Position numbers and translations under genes: made by a program. From Pseudomonadota bacterium (GTDB lineage: Bacteria > Pseudomonadota > Gammaproteobacteria > Burkholderiales > Rhodocyclaceae): DNA of 64,000 nucleotides. Positions 57,007 through 64,000 of the stretch are shown here, piece by piece (position 1 is the first letter of the stretch; each line of letters starts with the position of its first letter). The notes under the pieces were generated by a model. It was not told the DNA's origin. It ran no database searches and saw only the letters and a program-made list of their open reading frames with translations. The stretch is taken from assembly GCA_043826925.1 (NCBI GenBank), contig JBDRPN010000002.1:23840-87839 (forward strand). The letters are read 5' to 3'.

Positions 57007-57037
57007 GGGTTTTCTCCTGGGGTGAAAAACGGAAATG

Positions 57038-57613
57038 CTACTTGGCGGCGGCCGCGGTGGCGACCAGACGGAACTTGATCTGGATTTCGTTGGCAACGGT
57101 GCCGAAGTCGGCCCAGATGCCGTCGCCTATGCCGTAGTCGGCCCGCTTCAGCACCAGGCTGCCGTCGAAAGTGGCGGCGTTGCCTTGCTGGGTCACGGTG
57201 ACCGGTGTGACCAGATCCAGGGTCTTGCCCTTGATGCTCATCTTGCCGGCGAGTTCAACGCGGTTTCCGCCCAGCGGCTTGACCGAGGTCGCCACGAATT
57301 TGGCGATGGGGAAGGCCTTGGTGTTGAACCAGGCCTTGCCGGCCACCTCGTCGTTGGCGTCCTTCGACCCGGCATCGATGCTGGCCAGGTCGATTTCGAG
57401 CTCGGCCTTTGCCGCGGCGGGTTTCGCCGGGTCGTAGGCCAGCTTGCTGCGGAAGCTCTTGAATTGACCTTCGACCGGCACGTTCATTTGCTTGTATACG
57501 AAGCTGAGCGAACTCCTGTTGAGCTGCAACTGACTGAACTCGACGGCTTGCGCGGCGGGTGCCAGCACGGCCAGCGTGCAGGCCAGGACAAGGCTATTGG
57601 GCCAGAACTTCAT
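57038..57613 (-). CDS. Second YceI-family protein
   Basis: FVYKQMNVPVEGQF, IDLASIDAG, WFNTKAFP, IKGKT, LKRADYGIG. Confidence 0.88.
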   Translation of the reverse strand: MKFWPNSLVLACTLAVLAPAAQAVEFSQLQLNRSSLSFVYKQMNVPVEGQFKSFRSKLAYDPAKPAAAKAELEIDLASIDAGSKDANDEVAGKAWFNTKAFPIAKFVATSVKPLGGNRVELAGKMSIKGKTLDLVTPVTVTQQGNAATFDGSLVLKRADYGIGDGIWADFGTVANEIQIKFRLVATAAAAK

Positions 57614-58191
57614 TGTGTGTCTCCGGAGGGATTGCGCAGAAAGGGCAGCATGCGCGCGAGTATGTCGTCGCGGTCGATGAAATGATGTTTCAGCGCGGCG
57701 CCGAGGTGGGCGAACACCAGGGCCGCCATGCTGTAGTTGAGCAATTTGTGCATCTGTTGCAGCAGATCGCCCAGTTCGGCGTTCTTGGTGAGCAGATCCG
57801 GCAGCGGCAGCACGCCGAACCAGACGGTCTGAAAACCCTTGGCCGAGCTCATCAGCCAGCCGGACAGCGGCACCGCGACCATCAGCAGATAGAGCAGGAC
57901 ATGGGTTGCCGAGGCGACGGAACGCTGCCAGGCGGGCATCCCGGCAGGCAATTCGGGCGGCCGGTGCGTCAGGCGCCAGCCCAGGCGCAGCACCACGAAC
58001 AGGAAAATCGTCACGCCGGCCCATTTGTGCCAGGAGTAGAACTTGAGTTTTTGCGGCGAGATCGGCAAGTCGGCCATATAGAAACCCAGCGCAAAGCTGC
58101 CGATGATCGCCAGCGCGATCAGCCAGTGCAGGCCGATGGCGGTGAAGGTATAGCTGTTGTCCGGACTGGGGGCGGCGGGGCGGGTACTCAT
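57610..58191 (-). CDS. Cytochrome b561 (YceJ-like)
   Basis: IGLHWLIA, HKWAG, HVLLYLLMVAVPLSGW, HLGAALKHHF. Confidence 0.9.
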   Translation of the reverse strand: MSTRPAAPSPDNSYTFTAIGLHWLIALAIIGSFALGFYMADLPISPQKLKFYSWHKWAGVTIFLFVVLRLGWRLTHRPPELPAGMPAWQRSVASATHVLLYLLMVAVPLSGWLMSSAKGFQTVWFGVLPLPDLLTKNAELGDLLQQMHKLLNYSMAALVFAHLGAALKHHFIDRDDILARMLPFLRNPSGDTQ

Positions 58192-58426
58192 GGCGTGGGT
58201 GCATACGACAAGCGCAAGTCAAGCGGCGCACTTTACGCGCCGTATCGATAATGGCAAAGAGGCGTGGCCACAAATGATTGATGCCTTATTTGCAACAATT
58301 CCCCGGAACTTTTGATTCCTCGCCGCATCGCGGCGCGCTGTTCACAGCCGGCAGGTGCCCCTGCCTTAAGCTGTCCGACTGAATACGGTATCCGATCAGA
58401 CAGCATCCGAGTCATATAATTGCGCC

Positions 58427-59203
58427 ATGCCACGCTTTGCCGCGAACCTTTCCTTCCTGTTCACCGAGCGTCCGTTTTTCGAACGCTTTGCCGCGGCCCG
58501 TGCCGCCGGCTTCGCGGCCGTCGAGTTTCATTTTCCCTACGAGCATGACCGCGCGGCCCTGGCCGAGGTGGTGCTGACCTCGGGCCTCGAAGTGGTGCTG
58601 TTCAACCTGCCGGCGGGCGACTGGACGGCCGGCGAACGCGGCATTGCCTGCCATCCGCGGCGCATCGCTGAGTTTCAGGATGGCGTCGGCCTGGCCATCG
58701 AATACGCCCGGCTGCTGGGTTGCAGCCGGCTCAACTGCCTGGCGGGCATCGCGCCCGGCGACCTTGCCCACGACAAGGCGCGCGAAACCCTGATCGAGAA
58801 CCTGCGCTTTGCCGCCGCGGTGGCCAGACGCGCCGACATCCAGTTGCTGCTGGAGCCGCTAAACACCCGCGATACGCCGGGCTTCTTCGTCGCCACCCCG
58901 CGTGCCGGGCTGGCCTTGATCGACGCGGTCGGCAGCGAAAACCTGCGCCTGCAATACGACATCTACCACGCCCAGGTCATGGCGGGCGACCTGGCGCGCA
59001 GCCTGGAAGAAAACCTGCCGCGGATCGGCCACATCCAACTGGCGGACAATCCCGGCCGTCACGAGCCGGGCACCGGCGAAATCAATTTTCCCTTCCTGCT
59101 GCAGCATCTCGACCGCATCGGCTACGGCGGCTGGGTCGGTTGCGAATACCAGCCGAGCAGACGAACTGAAGATAGTCTGGGGTGGCTGGAGGCGTGGCGA
59201 TGA
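58427..59203 (+). CDS. hyi: Hydroxypyruvate isomerase
   Basis: MPRFAANLSFLF, EPLN, LQYDIYH, HIQLADNPGRHEPGTGEIN, GCEY. Confidence 0.93.
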   Translation: MPRFAANLSFLFTERPFFERFAAARAAGFAAVEFHFPYEHDRAALAEVVLTSGLEVVLFNLPAGDWTAGERGIACHPRRIAEFQDGVGLAIEYARLLGCSRLNCLAGIAPGDLAHDKARETLIENLRFAAAVARRADIQLLLEPLNTRDTPGFFVATPRAGLALIDAVGSENLRLQYDIYHAQVMAGDLARSLEENLPRIGHIQLADNPGRHEPGTGEINFPFLLQHLDRIGYGGWVGCEYQPSRRTEDSLGWLEAWR

Positions 59204-60480
59204 ACCACACCCGGCAGCGGGCATTCTTGCGCGACCTGTTCGACGCCGCAGTGGCGGCGGCCGATCCGGCGCGCTGCCTGCCGGCCTGGCTGCCCGCTGC
59301 GCCCAAAGGCCGCACCGTGATAGTTGGCGCTGGCAAGGCGGCGGCGGCCATGGCGCGGGCAGTCGAGGATCACTGGCGCGGCGACTTGCAGCGCCTGTCC
59401 GGCATCGTCGTCACGCGTTACGGACACGGCGCGCCGACTCGGCGCATCGAAGTCGTCGAGGCTTCGCACCCGGCGCCCGACGAAGCCGGCCAGCAAGCCG
59501 CCGCACGCGTGCTGGCAGCCGTAGCGGGACTCACGGCGGACGATCTGGTGCTGGTGCTGCTTTCGGGCGGCGGTTCGGCCCTGCTCGCGGCGCCGATGGC
59601 CGGCATCGCGCTGACCGAAAAGCGCGCCGTGACCAAGGCCTTGCTTGCCTGCGGCGCCAGCATCGGCGAAATCAACTGCGTCAGGAAACACCTGTCGGCG
59701 ATCAAGGGCGGCCGTCTGGCGCTGGCCGCTCAGCCTGCGCGGGTGCTGACCCTGGCGATTTCCGACGTGCCCGGCGACGAGCTGTCCACCATCGCCTCCG
59801 GGCCTACCGTGCCCGATCCGACCACCTGTGCCGATGCGCTGGGGATCGTCGATCGCTACGGCATCGAACTGCCGGCCGCCGCGCGCCAGGCGCTCGCCAG
59901 CGGCGCTGCCGAAACGCCGAAGCCGGACCACCCGGGATTTGCCCGTTGCGAGTCGCAGATCATCGCCACGGCGCAAGGCTCGCTGGCAGCCGCCGCCGAA
60001 CTGGCAAGCGCGCGCGGCATCACGCCGCTGGTGCTGGGTGACGCCATCGAGGGCGAGGCGCGCGAGGCGGCGCGGGTGCTGGGCGGCGTCGCGCTGTCCT
60101 GCGCCACGCACGGCCAGCCGCTGGCCGCACCCTGCGTGCTGCTTTCCGGCGGCGAAACCACGGTGACCGTGAAGGGCGGCGGGCGTGGCGGGCGCAATGC
60201 CGAGTTCCTGCTCGGACTGGCGCTGGCGCTGAGCGGGCATGGCCGGATCCATGCCATCGCCTGCGACACCGACGGCATCGACGGTTCGGAGGACAATGCC
60301 GGCGCGCTGCTGCTGCCCGACAGCGCGGCGCGTGCCGCCGCCGCCGGAATTGATTTGCGCGCGCGGCTGGCCGAGAATGACGCCTACAACGTGTTCGCGG
60401 CTCTGGGCGACCTGATCGTCACCGGGCCCACGCGCACCAATGTCAATGACTTCAGGGCGATCCTCATTGACCCCCATTGA
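59200..60480 (+). CDS. Glycerate 2-kinase (MOFRL/TtuD family)
   Basis: GAGKAAAAMA, LLSGGGSAL, RKHLSAIKGG, GGETTV, GGRNAEF, DTDGIDG, TGPTRTNVND. Confidence 0.92.
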   Translation: MNHTRQRAFLRDLFDAAVAAADPARCLPAWLPAAPKGRTVIVGAGKAAAAMARAVEDHWRGDLQRLSGIVVTRYGHGAPTRRIEVVEASHPAPDEAGQQAAARVLAAVAGLTADDLVLVLLSGGGSALLAAPMAGIALTEKRAVTKALLACGASIGEINCVRKHLSAIKGGRLALAAQPARVLTLAISDVPGDELSTIASGPTVPDPTTCADALGIVDRYGIELPAAARQALASGAAETPKPDHPGFARCESQIIATAQGSLAAAAELASARGITPLVLGDAIEGEAREAARVLGGVALSCATHGQPLAAPCVLLSGGETTVTVKGGGRGGRNAEFLLGLALALSGHGRIHAIACDTDGIDGSEDNAGALLLPDSAARAAAAGIDLRARLAENDAYNVFAALGDLIVTGPTRTNVNDFRAILIDPH

Positions 60481-60498
60481 ACCGACGGAAGGTCTGCC

Positions 60499-62001
60499 AT
60501 GACTCGACGCGAACACTCTGCCGATAGCGCTCAGGACTTTGCCGACACCAATTACTCGGCACTGCTGGCCGAGCTCGCGGGCCTGCTGCCGGCGAATTCG
60601 CTGCTGCAGGTGACCGAGGACGTGAAGCCCTACGAATGCGACGGCCTGTCGGCCTATCGCCAGGTGCCGATGGCCGTCGCCCTGCCGGAAACCGAGGCGC
60701 AGGTGATCGCGGTGATCAAGGCCTGTCGCGCCGCCGGGGCGCCGCTGGTGCCGCGCGGCGCCGGTACCGGGCTGTCGGCAGGCGCCTTGCCGCATCCGCA
60801 GGGTGTGGTGCTGTCCCTGGCGAAGATGAAGAAGATCCTCCATGTCGACCCGGTGGCGCGCGTCGCCGTGGTGCAGCCCGGCGTGCGCAACCTGGCGATT
60901 TCCGAGGCGGCCGCGCCGCTCGGACTGTATTACGCACCGGACCCGAGTTCGCAGATCGCCTGTTCGATCGGCGGCAACGTCGCCGAGAATTCCGGCGGCG
61001 TGCACTGCCTCAAATACGGCCTGACGCTGCACAACGTGCTGCGCGTGCGCGCCGTGCTGATCACCGGCGAGATCGTCGAGTTCGGCAACCATGCGCTGGA
61101 CGCGCCCGGCTACGACCTGCTGGCGCTGACCATCGGCTCCGAGGGCCTGCTGGCGGTCGTTACCGAAGTCACGGTGAAGCTGGTGCCGAAGCCGGACCAT
61201 GCCCAGGTCATCATCGCCAGCTTCGGCGACGTGATGACGGCCGGCAATGCGGTGGCGGACGTGATCGCCGCCGGCATCATTCCCGCGGGCCTGGAAATGA
61301 TGGACAAGCCGGCCACCGCCGCGGTCGAGCCCTACGTCAAGGCCGGCTACGACCTGACGGCGGCGGCGATCCTGCTCTGCGAATCCGACGGCACGGCCGA
61401 GGAAGTCGCCGAGGAAATCGGCCGCATGCAGGCCGTGCTGGAAGCCAGCGGCGCCACCAAAATCCGCGTCTCGCATTCGGAAGCCGAGCGCCTGCTGTTC
61501 TGGGCCGGGCGCAAGGCGGCCTTCCCCGCCGCCGGCCGCATTTCGCCCGATTACTACTGCATGGACGGCACCATCCCGCGCAAGCGCCTCGGCGAAATGC
61601 TGATGGCAATCTACGGCATGGAAAAGAAATACGGCCTGCGCTGCATCAACGTGTTCCATGCCGGCGACGGCAACATGCATCCGCTGATCCTCTACGACGC
61701 CAACGTGCCCGGTGAACTGGAGCGCACCGAAGCCTTCGGCGCCGAAATCCTGCGCCTGTCGGTGCAGCTCGGCGGCACCATCACCGGCGAACACGGCGTC
61801 GGTTACGAGAAGATCAATTCCATGTGCGACCAGTTCTGCGCCGACGAAATCCGCGCCTTCCACGCGGTCAAGCGCGCCTTCGACCCGGAAGGCCTGCTCA
61901 ATCCGGAGAAGGCCATCCCGACGCTGTATCGCTGCGCCGAATCGGGGCGCATGCATGTGCATGGGGGCGACATCCCGTTCCCGGAACTGGAGCGCCTGTG
62001 A
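60499..62001 (+). CDS. glcD: Glycolate oxidase subunit GlcD
   Basis: PRGAGTGLSAG, YAPDPSSQIACSIGGNVAENSGG, FHAGDGNMHP, ITGEHGVG. Confidence 0.95.
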   Translation: MTRREHSADSAQDFADTNYSALLAELAGLLPANSLLQVTEDVKPYECDGLSAYRQVPMAVALPETEAQVIAVIKACRAAGAPLVPRGAGTGLSAGALPHPQGVVLSLAKMKKILHVDPVARVAVVQPGVRNLAISEAAAPLGLYYAPDPSSQIACSIGGNVAENSGGVHCLKYGLTLHNVLRVRAVLITGEIVEFGNHALDAPGYDLLALTIGSEGLLAVVTEVTVKLVPKPDHAQVIIASFGDVMTAGNAVADVIAAGIIPAGLEMMDKPATAAVEPYVKAGYDLTAAAILLCESDGTAEEVAEEIGRMQAVLEASGATKIRVSHSEAERLLFWAGRKAAFPAAGRISPDYYCMDGTIPRKRLGEMLMAIYGMEKKYGLRCINVFHAGDGNMHPLILYDANVPGELERTEAFGAEILRLSVQLGGTITGEHGVGYEKINSMCDQFCADEIRAFHAVKRAFDPEGLLNPEKAIPTLYRCAESGRMHVHGGDIPFPELERL

Positions 62002-63089
62002 TGGAGGAACTCGTCGAAAAATTCCGCTCGCGCATTCTCGAACGCAAGCCGCTGCGCCTCAGGGGCGGCGGCAGCAAGGACTTCTATGGCGGGCCGCTGG
62101 CCGGCGAGGTGCTGGAGACCGGCGCCTACAGCGGCATCGTCAGCTATGAGCCGACCGAACTGGTGGTCACGGCGCGTTGCGGCACGCCGCTGGCCGAGCT
62201 GGAGTTGGCGCTGGCGGCACGGCGCCAGTTTCTCGCCTGCGAGCCGCCCGGCTTCGGTGCTGCAACCGTCGGCGGCGAGGTTGCTGGTGGCGCCACCGTC
62301 GGCGGCGCCGTCGCCGCCGGGCTTTCCGGCCCGCGCCGGGCGATGGCCGGCAGCCTGCGCGACTTCGTTCTCGGCGTGAAGATCATGGACGGCGAGGGCC
62401 GCGTGCTCAAATTCGGCGGCGAGGTGATCAAGAACGTGGCCGGCTTCGACGTCTCGCGCCTGATGACGGGCAGCCTCGGCACCCTGGGCCTGATCCTCGA
62501 AGTGTCGCTGAAGGTGATGCCGCTGCCGGTGGGCGACGCCACCCTGCGTTTCGAGATGCCGCAGGCTCAGGCCCTGGATGCCATGAATCGCTGGGCCGGC
62601 CAGCCGCTGCCGCTGGCGGCGGGCAGCTGGCAGGACGGCGTGCTCACGCTGCATTTGTCCGGCGCGCAGGCGGCGGTCGCCTCGGCCTGCCGGAAGCTCG
62701 GTGGCGAGCTGATCGAGGCAAGGGCGGCGGCCGAGTTCTGGCAGGCGCTGCGCGAGCAGAGCGCCGAATTTTTCGCCGGTGATATACCGCTGTGGCGATT
62801 TTCCGTGCCGTCAGTCGCTGTGCCGCTGGAACTGCCCGGTGAGCAACTGCTGGAGTGGGGCGGGGCGCAGCGCTGGCTGCGGGCCGACGCCGATGCGACG
62901 CAGCTGCGTGAAATCGCCGCCCGGGCCGGCGGACACGCGACGCTGTTTCGCGGCGGCCGCGGGGAACAGCGGACCGGCGGGGTGTTCGCGCCGCTGCAGC
63001 CGGCGCTGATGGAAGTGCATCGCCGGCTCAAGCAGAGCTTCGATCCCTACGGCGTGTTCAATCCTGGCCGGTTGTATCCGGAATTATGA
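62001..63089 (+). CDS. glcE: Glycolate oxidase FAD subunit GlcE
   Basis: GGGSKDFYG, YEPTELV, KFGGEVIKNVAGFDVSRL, EWGGAQRW, FDPYGVFNPGR. Confidence 0.95.
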   Translation: MEELVEKFRSRILERKPLRLRGGGSKDFYGGPLAGEVLETGAYSGIVSYEPTELVVTARCGTPLAELELALAARRQFLACEPPGFGAATVGGEVAGGATVGGAVAAGLSGPRRAMAGSLRDFVLGVKIMDGEGRVLKFGGEVIKNVAGFDVSRLMTGSLGTLGLILEVSLKVMPLPVGDATLRFEMPQAQALDAMNRWAGQPLPLAAGSWQDGVLTLHLSGAQAAVASACRKLGGELIEARAAAEFWQALREQSAEFFAGDIPLWRFSVPSVAVPLELPGEQLLEWGGAQRWLRADADATQLREIAARAGGHATLFRGGRGEQRTGGVFAPLQPALMEVHRRLKQSFDPYGVFNPGRLYPEL

Positions 63090-63091
63090 TG

Positions 63092-63166
63092 CCCCCCACA
63101 CTCACATTCGTTCGCTGCCCCCCCGGGGAGGGCTCATGCCCTCTTGGGGCGGCCCGGCGAGGGCAT
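63092..63166 (+). repeat. Palindromic repeat between glcE and glcF, related to the 52790/55911 family
   Basis: ccccccacactcacattcgttcgctgcccccc...cttggggcggcccggcg; shares the cttggg(g/a)cggc end motif. Confidence 0.65.
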
Positions 63167-63171
63167 GGCTG

Positions 63172-64000
63172 ATGGAAACCCATCTCGCCGATTTCATCCG
63201 TCATACCACCGCCGGCCGCGAGGCCGAGGAAATCCTGCGGCGCTGCGTGCATTGCGGCTTCTGCACCGCGACCTGCCCGACCTATCAGCTGCTGGGCGAC
63301 GAGCTCGACGGTCCGCGCGGGCGCATCTACCTGATCAAGCAGGTGCTGGAAGGCGCCACGCCGACCGAAAAAACCCGCCTGCATCTCGACCGCTGCCTCT
63401 CTTGCCGTTCCTGCGAGACCACCTGTCCTTCGGGCGTGCATTACACGCGCCTGCTCGACATCGGCCGCGAAGTGGTCGAGCGCATGGTGCCGCGCACGGG
63501 CAGCGATGCTTTCATGCGCGGCGCGCTGAAGAACCTGCTGCCGCGTGCGACCGTGTTCGGCGCCGCGATGAAGCTCGGCCAGTCGGTGCGCATGCTGCTG
63601 CCCGGCGCGCTGCGCGCCAAGGTGCCGCCGCTGTCCGCGGCCGGCCCGACGCCGCGGCGCAGCCATGCGCGGCAATTGATCGCACTGGCCGGCTGCGTGC
63701 AGCCCTCGATGTATCCCAATGTCAATGGCGCGACGCGGCGCGTGCTCGACCGCCTCGGCATCCAGATGGTCGAGGCGAAAGGCGCCGGCTGCTGCGGCGC
63801 GGTGCGCCTGCATCTGAACGAGGCCGAAGGCGCGCGCGACGACGCCCGGCGCAACATCGACGCCTGGTGGCCGCTGCTCGAAGCCGGCGCCGAAGGCCTG
63901 GTAATGACGGCCTCCGGTTGCGGCTCGCACGTGCTCGAATACGCCCACCTGCTGGAGGAGGATCCCGACTACGCGGTCAAGGCGGCGCGCGTGGTGTTGG
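63172..64000 (+). CDS. glcF: Glycolate oxidase Fe-S subunit GlcF (truncated by the window edge)
   Basis: RRCVHCGFCTATCPTY, LDRCLSCRSCETTCPSGV, GCCGA, TASGCG. Confidence 0.93.
   Translation, partial: METHLADFIRHTTAGREAEEILRRCVHCGFCTATCPTYQLLGDELDGPRGRIYLIKQVLEGATPTEKTRLHLDRCLSCRSCETTCPSGVHYTRLLDIGREVVERMVPRTGSDAFMRGALKNLLPRATVFGAAMKLGQSVRMLLPGALRAKVPPLSAAGPTPRRSHARQLIALAGCVQPSMYPNVNGATRRVLDRLGIQMVEAKGAGCCGAVRLHLNEAEGARDDARRNIDAWWPLLEAGAEGLVMTASGCGSHVLEYAHLLEEDPDYAVKAARVVL

Noticed and set aside
56440-58191. Tandem yceI genes with cytochrome b561
   Set aside because: A common, already described arrangement; not unusual.

Overview
GC-rich betaproteobacterial chromosomal segment; gene content suggests a Rhodocyclales/Sterolibacteriaceae-like organism (inference, not verified). 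No rRNA, tRNA, CRISPR array or transposase was recognised. Left to right: (1) a zeta-toxin-like P-loop protein, SulP and SLC13 anion transporters, then a six-gene hydrogenase-4-like membrane complex whose large subunit lacks both NiFe CxxC motifs (Ehr-type); (2) lldD-like oxidase; (3) a minus-strand run of HisKA_3 kinase, NarL-type regulator, TonB-like protein, TonB-dependent receptor, YfiR and diguanylate cyclase; (4) two complete, sequence-divergent type IV minor-pilin/PilY1 cassettes, each divergent from its own NarL-type two-component pair; (5) an uncharacterised five-gene cluster (HTH-2Fe2S-flavoreductase fusion, Lys-less S24 domain, small protein, Cys-rich protein, Sfum_1244-like protein); (6) housekeeping genes (MATE, ilvA, PatB/MalY, ygfA, slt, epimerase, cca, yceI x2, cyt b561) and hyi-glycerate kinase-glcDEF. 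At least five families of REP/MITE-like palindromes occur; several sit in frame inside coding sequences, supply stop codons, or appear to have removed one. Starts were trimmed from the ORF track by eye. All family calls come from motif recognition without database searches.
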